From assembly GCA_038231795.1 (NCBI GenBank), contig JBBRKR010000007.1, positions 104,544-168,543 of the forward strand: a DNA stretch of 64,000 bases, given 5' to 3'. Made by a program: the position numbers and the translations under genes. Source of the stretch: Acidimicrobiales bacterium (GTDB lineage Bacteria > Actinomycetota > Acidimicrobiia > Acidimicrobiales > JBBRKR01). The notes under the pieces were generated by a model. It made no database searches and was not told the origin of the DNA. It was given only the letters and a program-made list of their open reading frames with translations. This document shows, in pieces, positions 1-9,829 of this stretch (within the stretch, counting starts at the first letter, position 1; each line of letters opens with the position of its first letter).

Positions 1-1541
1 GATTTAACGGGCGGTTGATGGTCCCACAAATCGGCCACCAAATCGCTCTTCATCGCCGAGCTCGCCGGATCGTTCCACAGGTTGACGAATTGATGAGGAT
101 CGCTGCGGAGGTCGTACAACTCGCCTTCGGTACCGTCGTGAACCGTGCCCGGCTTGTAGGCAGTGCACACCCAATCGTCGCGAGTGATCGTGCGCAAGTG
201 CACGGCCACTCCAAAGAGTTCGCTGTCCCATTCGGTGAGCGCTCGCTCGAAGCCTCGGGTGTCGGCGTCGGCATTGTCTTTCGGCAGTGCCGCACCCTGC
301 ATCCATTCCTTCGGTGCCACTCCCGCGATTTCACAAAACGTGGGGGCCAGGTCGACGAGTCCTACCGGTCGATCAACGACCGCGGCACCGACCGCAGCCG
401 ATGGTGCAGGACGCCAAATCAACGGCAATCGCATCAACCCATCAGTGTGGTACGGACCCTTAAACAGCAGGCCAAAATCGCCCTGCAACTCGCCGTGGTC
501 TGTGGTGAAAATCACGTCAACATCATCATCCCAACCACGCGCCGAGATAGCCCGCATCACCCGGCCGAGCGCTTCATCAATCAGCTCGCACTCGACGGCA
601 TTGCGAGCCCACACTTCCCGCAATTGATCGGCGGTGAGCGTGGCTGGAACCCATCGCGACGGTGCCTCGTAGTTGGAAACAAGCGTGCCGTCGTACCACA
701 TGCGCCAATGACGCGGCTTCGCATCAAGGATGCGTTCCCGCTCGGCAGCAGTCTGCGGGTAACTCTCGGGCAGGTCCACATCGCGCCAATTCACGCGACC
801 CACTTCTGACTCCGGTGGGTCCCACGGATGATGAGGATCGGGGAAACTCATCCAACAAAACCAGTCGTCGCGCGCATCAAGTGAATCAAGCCAACTGATA
901 GTGCGATCGGCCACCCAATCGGTGTGGTACCAGTCTTTGGAGATGTTGTTGACGTGCGCCTGCGGAGCGCCAGTGGCCCCGCCGCCCAGAGAATTCACCT
1001 GCAAGGAACCATCCAGAACTGGATAAAACATGCCAACCGCTTCTGGATGATTTGCCGCCAACCACCGTGCATAATGCAGCGGTCCAGCGGCGCCATGGGT
1101 GGCGAATTCCAGATGATCGAAACCGCGGTGAGGCCCGGTTGTGCCATCGGCCCATGGCTGGTCAAGACGTGTTGCTTCGCCGTTGCGGGCCAAAACATTT
1201 TCGGTGAACTTGGCGAACGGATCCAGGAATGGTTCGAAGTGCGCTTTACCTATCAACGCCGTGCAATAGCCATTCTGGTGTAACACCGCAGCCACACTAG
1301 GGGCGTCGACGGGAAGAGCAACGCCGTTCATCCATACGCCATGAGTGCTCGGATGTTGACCGGTGATCATGGTGGACCGGCTCGGCATGCACACCACCGA
1401 TTGGGGCACCGCACGTTCATAGCGGATGCCCTGCGCCGCCAGCCCATCGATGACCGGCGTGCGGCTGAGCGTGCCTCCATTGCATCCAAGTGTGTTGTAA
1501 CGCTGTTGATCGGTGGTCACGAACAGGATTTTCCGGCCCAT
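1..1541 (-). CDS. Sulfatase (formylglycine-dependent); 3' end runs off the window edge
   Basis: Missing from the ORF track because there is no stop in the window. Manual translation from ATG 1541 gives MGRKILFVTTDQQRYNTLGCNGG...QSVVCMPSRSTMITGQHP, with the CxPxR sulfatase motif. The start overlaps the upstream TAA (TAATG). Confidence 0.9.
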   Translation of the reverse strand, partial: MGRKILFVTTDQQRYNTLGCNGGTLSRTPVIDGLAAQGIRYERAVPQSVVCMPSRSTMITGQHPSTHGVWMNGVALPVDAPSVAAVLHQNGYCTALIGKAHFEPFLDPFAKFTENVLARNGEATRLDQPWADGTTGPHRGFDHLEFATHGAAGPLHYARWLAANHPEAVGMFYPVLDGSLQVNSLGGGATGAPQAHVNNISKDWYHTDWVADRTISWLDSLDARDDWFCWMSFPDPHHPWDPPESEVGRVNWRDVDLPESYPQTAAERERILDAKPRHWRMWYDGTLVSNYEAPSRWVPATLTADQLREVWARNAVECELIDEALGRVMRAISARGWDDDVDVIFTTDHGELQGDFGLLFKGPYHTDGLMRLPLIWRPAPSAAVGAAVVDRPVGLVDLAPTFCEIAGVAPKEWMQGAALPKDNADADTRGFERALTEWDSELFGVAVHLRTITRDDWVCTAYKPGTVHDGTEGELYDLRSDPHQFVNLWNDPASSAMKSDLVADLWDHQPPVK

Positions 1542-1984
1542 TATTTGTGAGCACTCACAGCTTCGATTGCCGGGCCGTGGTTGGCTTCACATTGGCGTTT
1601 CAGTTCTTCAAGCGCGCCGAGCGTTGCGCCCCCGATCATGAGCGCCATCGCCGCCGGATCAGCATCGGTGCTGTACATCACAAGACACACGTCGTCGTCG
1701 AGCGCTACTACGTCAATGGTCGCTAAATGTTCTTTGAATACCGGTGAAGTGATGCGATATTGGAAACGCTTCTGCAGCGCGTCGTTGGTGAGAATCGTCT
1801 CTGGCATGGTCATTCCCGAGCCGAGGGTAATTACCCGCGTATCGCCATCGACAACGCAAACTGTGATGCCAGGAAACCACAGATGCAAGATCTCTGGCCG
1901 ACTCACAATTTGCCACGCGAAATCGGCCGACTTGCCGATCCGCAGATGATGACGGATCGACGCCCGAGACGGTGTTGCTGCCAT
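1541..1984 (-). CDS. SRPBCC/polyketide cyclase-like (START fold) protein
   Basis: 147 aa with AWxIVSRPExLHLWFPGI and a C-terminal helix; coupled to the sulfatase. Confidence 0.75.
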   Translation of the reverse strand: MAATPSRASIRHHLRIGKSADFAWQIVSRPEILHLWFPGITVCVVDGDTRVITLGSGMTMPETILTNDALQKRFQYRITSPVFKEHLATIDVVALDDDVCLVMYSTDADPAAMALMIGGATLGALEELKRQCEANHGPAIEAVSAHK

Positions 1985-2068
1985 TCGCCGACACTATCCA
2001 CTAGTTCATACAGGGAGCACGGTCGTGCGCATCGTGAGACGTTCAGCAATCGGGCGTAGGCTGATGGC

Positions 2069-2563
2069 ATGTCGACTCCGCACAATCGCCAGGCCGAATG
2101 GGATGATCTCAAGGCCCGGTACATGCGGCCCCGAAGTGAGCTAGTCAGCACGGCCCGAGGAGTTCACCACACGGCGCACATATCCAGCGATGTGGAGCGA
2201 ACGATCAAGTTTTATCAAGAGATACTTGGATTTCCGCTGGCTGAACTCTTCGAAAATCGGGACTACGCGGGGTCCACCCATTTCTTCTTCGATATCGGCA
2301 ACGGGAATTATTTGGCGTACTTCGACCTGCCGGGCCTTGATCTCGAGCCATACAAAGAGGTTCTCGGCGGTCATCACCATTTGGCTATTTCGATGGAACG
2401 GTCCAACTGGGAAATGGTGAAGAGCCGGCTCGACGAACACGGCATTCCGTACGCTCATATCGACGGCTCATCCATATATTTCAACGGCCCCGACGGCGAG
2501 CGATTGGAGCTCATCAGCGACCCACTCGGCAACATGTACGGCAAAGATATCGGTGAATTTTGA
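2069..2563 (+). CDS. VOC/glyoxalase family protein
   Basis: GVHHTAH, FYQEILG, GHHHLAI and IYFNGPDGERLEL motifs. Confidence 0.9.
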   Translation: MSTPHNRQAEWDDLKARYMRPRSELVSTARGVHHTAHISSDVERTIKFYQEILGFPLAELFENRDYAGSTHFFFDIGNGNYLAYFDLPGLDLEPYKEVLGGHHHLAISMERSNWEMVKSRLDEHGIPYAHIDGSSIYFNGPDGERLELISDPLGNMYGKDIGEF

Positions 2564-3345
2564 CGACCGATTTCGAGCGCGATGGCGTTGTCGTCATACG
2601 CGGATTGCTTCGGGATTCGCAAATTGTTGCCGCCGCTCAGGCGATTGCCGACGCCGTAGAATCGCCCACGTGGCGCGCCGTTTCCACTCCGCCTGAGCAA
2701 CCCGGTCGGTTCTTCGAAGACTTCTGCCTGTGGTCGGCTAACTCAACAATTTCCGAGATCGCTCACTCGGAGCACATTGCTGAATTAGCAGCCGAACTCA
2801 TGGCGTCGGCCACCGTACGATTGCATCATGACCACGTGCTGGTTAAGGAACCTGGCACCACGATGCGGACTCCGTGGCACCAAGACCAGCCGTACTACAA
2901 CCTCGACGGCACGCAGACGGTGAGCTTCTGGATTCCTGTCGACCCCGTGCCGGCGACGGCCAGCTTGGAAGTAGTCGCCGGATCACATCTCGGGCCGTGG
3001 CTGATGCCGCGCACCTTTATCGACAAGGAAGCGAAATGGTTCGCCGACGGCACGCTGGCCGATGTGCCCGACATCGAAGCCGACCGCGCCACATTCGATA
3101 TCCGATCATTCGACATGCAACCGGGAGACGCGGTGGCGTTCAACATGTTGAGCCTCCACGGAGCTGCCGGGTTCGTCGGTCCCGGCCGCCGGCGAGTGCT
3201 CAGCCTGCGATACATCGGCGACGATGTGCGTCACGCTCCACGCCCATGGACCACATCACCAGAGTTCCCCGGCCTCGCTGACGAGCTCCTAGCGGGCGCT
3301 CCATTCGACCATCCCGCCTTCCCCGTCGTGTGGCCCCGCCGTTAG
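2560..3345 (+). CDS. Phytanoyl-CoA dioxygenase (PhyH) family Fe/2OG oxygenase
   Basis: TPWHQDQPY (HxD), LEVVAGSHLG, PGDAVAF...LHGA, distal Arg. Confidence 0.9.
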   Translation: MTTDFERDGVVVIRGLLRDSQIVAAAQAIADAVESPTWRAVSTPPEQPGRFFEDFCLWSANSTISEIAHSEHIAELAAELMASATVRLHHDHVLVKEPGTTMRTPWHQDQPYYNLDGTQTVSFWIPVDPVPATASLEVVAGSHLGPWLMPRTFIDKEAKWFADGTLADVPDIEADRATFDIRSFDMQPGDAVAFNMLSLHGAAGFVGPGRRRVLSLRYIGDDVRHAPRPWTTSPEFPGLADELLAGAPFDHPAFPVVWPRR

Positions 3346-3378
3346 CCGTCGGGCAGCGCGACGTTGTGGGAATGGCGG

Positions 3379-4932
3379 TCAATCGGTGAGGCATCCCTGA
3401 CTTGCGCCAACGAGTATCAACCCAGCCCGATCTCCTGGCCCGTAATCAGTGAGTCGGGAAATTTGGGGGTACATCACTTGGCCGACGTCATTCACGTGAT
3501 TGAGTCCGACCATATGACCGAGTTCGTGAAGCAGCACTTCGCCGAGCGAATTGATTGTTCCGTACCCCGCCATAAGGGGTGCTTGGGCGTTTACTCCCAC
3601 TTCGCCGGCAAATATTCGACCGTTGGCAGTACGCCATGACGCACTACCAAAGCCCGCAGACCCCATGGCGAATTTCGGGTATTCGTTTGCCGTCTTCCAC
3701 GAGATTATGGCATCAACATCGCTTGACTTCGTGAAGGTCGCAATCTCCCGCACTTTCACAAACTGGAGCCCGCTGGCCTGGGTCATCTTGGCAAGAGCAG
3801 ACGCAAGATCGGCGCGAGCTGACGGCTGGGATCCGTTGAAGTTGACTTCATAACGAATTGGCACGCATGGGTTCCAACGAGCTGCCCCGCCTTGTGGATT
3901 TTTCCCAAAGAAGTTGTATTGATCGCTGGTGACACCCGCACCAGTCGTGCCACCGGCAGGCGGCGTATTTTGGTCGAACGAAAAGGCCTTGCCGGAGCTA
4001 GCCACCATGAGGTATCCCGTTTGGTTGGCGTCGATACCCACGAACGGCGTTGGATCAAGACCTATCGCAGATCCATACGCTTGAGCGGTGCCGAACGGCC
4101 ATGTCTGTCCGGCCGTCGAAGCCACGTAATACCCTCCACCGGATGGGTTTGTCGCCATATCTACAATCGGGTTCGCTAGGGCGGTGCCGCCCAGGGAACC
4201 AAGGAATGGTGCATCGCCAAAGGCGAAAACGCCCCCGTCTGATGCCACCATGAAGTAGCCCTGACCAGTTGGTGTAGCGCTCAATCCAATGACCGGTTTG
4301 TTAGGAAATGTACGACCAATTTTCGCGAGTTCGGCGGGCAACGAGCCCTTGAATGCGGCGTCACCGAAGGAGAAAATTCCGCCATCGGATGCCACCAACC
4401 AGTACCCGAGACCGGTTGGGGTCGGAGCCATTGACACCACTGGTGCATTGAGTTTCGTGGCGCCCATCGACCCAAAGAACGGTGCCCCGCCCACAGCAAA
4501 CACGCCTCCATCCGCGGACACCACGTACACGCCTGCCACCGGAGAGGCGACAACCCGGGCAGGCGGAGAGTTGAGAGTCAGTCCGGCCAAATCAGCGAAG
4601 TCGGGCGCGCCACCGAACCCATGGACGATCTGGTCGACTCCAAGAATCCAATACCCGCCAGCAGCCCGCAGCGCTACATCGCGAGCTCCCTTGCCTGCCA
4701 AGTCGCCGCTCAAAACGAGACCGCCAGCCGAGTCGGTGAACGGAATCGTGTCGTTTTGGGTTGCTACGCCAATTGGCGTCGGTGTGTCAGACGACGCTTG
4801 TGGAGCTGCCACCGATCTCACAGCTCCAGGTCCAATGCTGATCACGAGAAAGGCCACGGCTCCGAGGTGGCAGGCAATACCTCGCACTTGGCCGGTTCTA
4901 CGCCGTCGACTGCCACCCGTTGTTGCGATCAT
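3379..4932 (-). CDS. Secreted protein with SDGGIFSFGDA-type repeats and C-terminal matrixin-like zinc metalloprotease
   Basis: Signal-like N-terminus; repeats GYWLVASDGGIFSFGDA; HELGHMVGLNH (HExxHxxGxxH) followed by the VMYP Met-turn. Confidence 0.85.
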   Translation of the reverse strand: MIATTGGSRRRRTGQVRGIACHLGAVAFLVISIGPGAVRSVAAPQASSDTPTPIGVATQNDTIPFTDSAGGLVLSGDLAGKGARDVALRAAGGYWILGVDQIVHGFGGAPDFADLAGLTLNSPPARVVASPVAGVYVVSADGGVFAVGGAPFFGSMGATKLNAPVVSMAPTPTGLGYWLVASDGGIFSFGDAAFKGSLPAELAKIGRTFPNKPVIGLSATPTGQGYFMVASDGGVFAFGDAPFLGSLGGTALANPIVDMATNPSGGGYYVASTAGQTWPFGTAQAYGSAIGLDPTPFVGIDANQTGYLMVASSGKAFSFDQNTPPAGGTTGAGVTSDQYNFFGKNPQGGAARWNPCVPIRYEVNFNGSQPSARADLASALAKMTQASGLQFVKVREIATFTKSSDVDAIISWKTANEYPKFAMGSAGFGSASWRTANGRIFAGEVGVNAQAPLMAGYGTINSLGEVLLHELGHMVGLNHVNDVGQVMYPQISRLTDYGPGDRAGLILVGASQGCLTD

Positions 4933-5100
4933 GTCGACATCCCTTGCCAGCCAGAAAAAATTGCGTCCCTTGCTGTTTCGGCAAAATCGTCAAAATACTT
5001 GCGCTTTTGACGGGTGACACCGGGACCAAATTTTGCTCAGACCCAACCGTCTTGCGACGATTTCTCAATCACGTCATCAAATAATCGGAAGGCTTCTCCG

Positions 5101-7304
5101 CTACGGGTAGTAGCCGCTGGCGTCGGCCAGAATGTTGGTGGTGGTGCTCGTGAATATGCACACCTGCCCGCCGGCGCCGACTTTCGTGATCACCAAGTTC
5201 GGGATTGTCTGCCCGGCACCGAAATTCAGATTCGACGCATTCGGTCTCGACGCGCCGCACGGATAGACAGTGATGAACCCGCCACCTTGCGCTGACGTTG
5301 CGGTCACATTCAACACCACCGTGGATGCGATAGCAGGGACACCGCCACGACCCAACACCGTGAGCATCACTTCCGTGCCAGCAGCTAACGGACCGGAGTT
5401 TTGGAACACTCCGTCAATAGTGCTACCACCAAGACGAGTATCCAAAACTCGTGCCGGTTCAAGCGACACGAACGACGACGCTGGCGGATAATAGCCGTTG
5501 ATATCCGCAATCAGATTCGTGCCTGCCGACGACTTCAAACACACCTTGCCAAACGGACCAAGCTTCGCGATCACCAAATTGGCGATCGTTTGCCCGGCCA
5601 CAAAATTGAGATTCGACGCATTCGGCGTACTGGCCGTGCACGGATACACCGTCACAAACCCACCGCCAGAAGCACCAGTCACCGTCACGTTCAAAACAAC
5701 CGCCGCACCATCAGCAGGAACGCCAGCACGGCCCGACACATCAAGCTGCACAAATCCCCCAGCAGCCAACGGGCCAGACCCTGCGAACAAGCCGTCACCT
5801 GTCGACCCGCCGAGGCGCGTATCCAACAAACGCGCCGGCGCCATCGAGACAAACCGAGTAGTTCCCGGATAGAAACCCTCCACATCCGCTATCAGATTCG
5901 TTGCGCCGTCCGTGTAGATACACACTTTGCCGTTCGAACCAACCTTCGCGACCACAAGGTTTGCGACCGTGTCACCAGCCACATAATTCAGATTCGACGC
6001 GTTCGGTTTCGCAGCGTCGCAGGGATACACGGTTATAAACCCCGAACCAGTCGCCCCAGTTACCGTTACATTCAAAGCCACCGCCGCAGCATCCAACGCC
6101 ACACCACCACGACCTGCAACATCCAACTGCACAACACCCTGAGCTGGTTGCAAACCAAGCCCACCAAACAAACCATCAACCGTCACACCACCAACCCGCG
6201 AATCCAACAACCGCGCAGGAACCAACGACACAAAATCCGCAAACCCCGCTACACCAGACAAACCCACCACCGTAACTGGCACTGTCCCGCCCCCCGTAAA
6301 ACCACTACCGTATTGACCGAATTGGTTGCTTCCCCAACATTTCATCGCGCCACCAGACACGATGGCACACGTGTGGTGCCAGCCAGTCGTGATCTGAGTC
6401 ACGCCCGCCACGAAGGGCACCACAACTGGCGCCGAAATGCCGGAGAGCGTAGCGCCACCGCCTACCTGCCCATCAGGGTTGTAACCCCAACACTTCATAG
6501 AGCCCCCTGCTGCAAGGGCACAAGTGTGATATTCGCCAGCCGCTATTTGGGTCGCGCCGGACAGTCCCGCCACTATCACCGGCGCAGAACGATCCGTACC
6601 CGGCAACCCCAAACCTTCACCCAACTGCCCGGAAAGGTTACGACCCCAACACTTCACAGCTCCACCCGACAACAGACCACATGTATGAAATTTGCCCGCC
6701 GTGATCTGGGAAACACCCGCCAAACCTGTCACCACCACCGGCCTATTCCTGTCTGCAGCCGTCCCCAACGAACCATTACCCAACTGCCCATAAAGGTTGT
6801 AGCCCCAACACTTCACGGTGCCATCCAACAACAAAGCACACGTGTGGTATCCGCCGGCAGTGATCTGGGTAACGCCCGACAAACCGACCACCAAAGTCGG
6901 CGTCGACTGCGATGCACCCGGCACCTGCAACCCGGAGCCCAACTGCCCTTGGTAATCGAGACCCCAACATTTCACCGTGCCACCTTGTACCAACGCGCAC
7001 GTATGACCTCCACCGGCAGTGATCTGTGTCACACCCGACAAGCCGAACACGGTCACCGGAATCAAACTATCGGTACCCGGCACCGCCAAACCTTGGCCCA
7101 ACTGCCCTTCGTTGTTGTTACCCCAACATTTCACCGTGCCAACCGACAATACGGCACACGAATGGTTCTCCCCAGCAGTGATCGTCTCACCCGTCAACGA
7201 CGGCGCGGCCTGCGCCCCGCCGGCACCCCCACCACGCCAACTAACAACGCGGCAAACAACGCCAGCACAACAACGACCCGACTGCCGACTTTCCGCCTGT
7301 TCAT
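5101..7304 (-). CDS. Secreted RCC1/BLIP-II repeat protein (6 repeats) plus three PARLLDTR/PNASNLN domains; frameshift in the signal region
   Basis: Repeats TAGxxHTCA...VKCWG. The signal peptide from ATG 7304 (MNRRKVGSRVVVVLALF) is out of frame with the body at a G5 run (7226-7230); the paralogue has G6. Confidence 0.85.
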
Positions 7305-7362
7305 GAGCGAACCATAGACCACCAAAAACTGGCCGTCCACAAACAGGCTGCCAGGTTGATCG

Positions 7363-9747
7363 CTACGGGTAGTAGCCGTTGATGTCGGCGAGGATATTGG
7401 TCGTGGCGTCGGTGTAGATACAGACTTGGCCGTTGGTGCCAACTTTGGTGATGACGAGGTTGGGGATGGTTTGCCCGGCGTTGTAGTTCAGGTTCGACGC
7501 GTTCGGTCGTGAAGAACCGCACGGATAAACGGTGATGAATCCACCGCCCGACGCCGAGGTGGCCGTGACATTCAAAACCACCGTACTCGCCAACGCTGGC
7601 ACGCCACCACGACTGAGGACTGTGAGCGCAACCTCCGTGCCACCGGCTTGCGGCCCAGAGTTTTGGAACATGCCATCAACAGTCAGGCCACCCATGCGGG
7701 TATCAAGCATTCGGGCCGGATCAAGCGACACGTACGTTGAAGTGGGCGGATAGTAGCCGTTGATATCGGCTATCAGGTTCGTGCCGGCAGAAGCGTTGAG
7801 ACACACTTTGCCCAGGGGGCTGAGTTTCGTGATCACAAGATTCGCGATCGTTTGCCCCGCCACAAAATTCAGATTCGACGCGTTCGGCACTGTGCCAGTG
7901 CAGGGATACACCGTCAAAAACCCGCCGCCCGTCGCACCCGTCACTGTCACGTTCAACACCACGGCCGCTGTTCCGCCCGGCACGCCAGCTCGACTAGCAA
8001 CGTCCAACACAACCTCACCTCCGGGAGCAACGGGACCGCCGCCCACGAAAAGGCCGTCGCCTGTCGAACCACCGATCCGTGTATCCAACAAGCGGAACGG
8101 CGCCATCGGCAGGAACTGCGTTGTGTTTGGGTAATAGCTCTCAACGTCGGCAATGAGATTCGTGGGCCCATCGGTATAGATACATACCTTGCCACTCGAA
8201 TCAACCTTTGCTACAACCAGATTGGCGACCGTGTCACCAGCCACATAGTTCAAATTCGACGCGTTCGGTCTCGCAGTCAAACATGGGTACACCGTCACGA
8301 AACCCGATCCAGTCGCGCCTGTCACAGTGATATTCAACGCCACGGCAACCGCATCTACGGGCACCCCACCACGACCAGCGACATCCAATTGGAGAATACC
8401 TCCTGCCAGCCGTAAACCAATTCCGGCAAACAACCCGTCGGCCGTGATACCACCGAATCGCGAATCCAGCAACCGGCCCGGGAATAAGGAAACAGTGTCT
8501 GGTAATTGGGCAACGCCCGACAAACCAAACACCAAAACGGGCGTCGAACTCGTGGCAGTCGGAGAGCCGAGACCATCGCCCAACTGACCGGATTGGTTGG
8601 AGCCCCAACACTTCACCGTGCCCGCCAACAACGATGCGCACGCGTGAGCTACACCAGCCGCTATTTGCGTCACACCCGACAAACTCACCACATCATGTGG
8701 CGACGAAGTATCCGTACCAGGAACCATTTGACCATCGCCTAGCTGGCCGTAATCATCTTTTCCCCAACACTTCACCGTGCCACCCGACACCAAAGCACAC
8801 GTGAAAAACCCACCGCCAGCAATCTGGGTCACACCGACCAAACCCACCACATCAACCGGCGACGGAACTGCCTTGAGAGGCAAACCCGGCAATACGAAAC
8901 CATCACCCAATTGCCCCCACTGGTCGAAGCCCCAACACTTCACCGTGCCACCCACTATCAAAGCGCACGTGTGAAAATTGCCGCCAACAATCTGGGTGAC
9001 TCCAGACAAACCCGCCACCGACACCGGCACCGAACTATTCGTTCCTGGCAATCCCGACCCGTCACCTAACTGCCCGTAATTATTTATGCCCCAACATTTC
9101 ACCGTGCCACCCACTATCAAAGCGCACGTGTGAAAAGAGCCGCCAACAATCTGGGTGACGCCAGACAAACCCGCCACCGACACCGGCACCGGGCTATTGG
9201 TTCCTGGTAACAACACACCATTACCTAACTGACCATCGAGGTCGTAGCCCCAACATTTCACCGTGCCACCTTGCACCAAGGCGCACGTGTGATACCAGCC
9301 AGTAGCGACTTGGGTTACGCCAGACAAACCAGTGACGTCGACGGGTGTCGACCGATTCACTCCCGGCACACCCGAACCTTCACCCAACTCGCCCTTGGAG
9401 TTATAACCCCAACACTTCACCGTGCCACCCACTACTAGGGCGCACGTGTGAGACCCGCCAGCAGCAATCTGAGTCGCACCAGACACAACTGCCACCACCG
9501 GCTTCACCTGATTTGTGCCCGGCAACGGCGAACCGTCACCCAACGCGCCGTATTGGTTGGCGCCCCAACATTTCACCGTGCCACCCGACAACAACGCGCA
9601 CGAGTGAGCAATGCCTGCTGAAAGCGTCTCGCCCGTCAACGACGGAGCGGCGTTTACCGGGCTTGCACCCCCCACCACATCGACCAATGACGCACCCAAC
9701 AGCGCCAAAACGACAACCATCCGACTGAAATATTTCCGCCTGCTCAT
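7363..9747 (-). CDS. Secreted RCC1/BLIP-II repeat protein (7 repeats) plus three PARLLDTR/PNASNLN domains
   Basis: Likely start ATG 9747 (MSRRKYFSRMVVVLALLG signal peptide); 7 HTCA..VKCWG repeats; tandem paralogue of 5101-7304. Confidence 0.88.
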   Translation of the reverse strand: MSRRKYFSRMVVVLALLGASLVDVVGGASPVNAAPSLTGETLSAGIAHSCALLSGGTVKCWGANQYGALGDGSPLPGTNQVKPVVAVVSGATQIAAGGSHTCALVVGGTVKCWGYNSKGELGEGSGVPGVNRSTPVDVTGLSGVTQVATGWYHTCALVQGGTVKCWGYDLDGQLGNGVLLPGTNSPVPVSVAGLSGVTQIVGGSFHTCALIVGGTVKCWGINNYGQLGDGSGLPGTNSSVPVSVAGLSGVTQIVGGNFHTCALIVGGTVKCWGFDQWGQLGDGFVLPGLPLKAVPSPVDVVGLVGVTQIAGGGFFTCALVSGGTVKCWGKDDYGQLGDGQMVPGTDTSSPHDVVSLSGVTQIAAGVAHACASLLAGTVKCWGSNQSGQLGDGLGSPTATSSTPVLVFGLSGVAQLPDTVSLFPGRLLDSRFGGITADGLFAGIGLRLAGGILQLDVAGRGGVPVDAVAVALNITVTGATGSGFVTVYPCLTARPNASNLNYVAGDTVANLVVAKVDSSGKVCIYTDGPTNLIADVESYYPNTTQFLPMAPFRLLDTRIGGSTGDGLFVGGGPVAPGGEVVLDVASRAGVPGGTAAVVLNVTVTGATGGGFLTVYPCTGTVPNASNLNFVAGQTIANLVITKLSPLGKVCLNASAGTNLIADINGYYPPTSTYVSLDPARMLDTRMGGLTVDGMFQNSGPQAGGTEVALTVLSRGGVPALASTVVLNVTATSASGGGFITVYPCGSSRPNASNLNYNAGQTIPNLVITKVGTNGQVCIYTDATTNILADINGYYP

Positions 9748-9829
9748 GATCGCACCATAACCCAGTTTGATCCAGCAATAGGCTGGCGGCGAATAGCATG
9801 AGGGACTCCATAAGAAAGGCCACACGCCC

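Noticed and set aside
15-809. 264-aa plus-strand ORF
   Set aside because: Antisense shadow of the sulfatase, which carries the CxPxR motif
4955-4990. c-di-GMP-I riboswitch (GAAA...GGGACGCAA on the minus strand)
   Set aside because: Lacks the 5' GGCAAA and the P3 elements in the right arrangement; partial resemblance only
5401-7317. 638-aa plus-strand ORF and similar long ORFs (13834-14925, 27950-28888, 52669-53706, 57944-58834)
   Set aside because: Antisense or alternate-frame shadows of well-supported genes in high-GC DNA; no motifs
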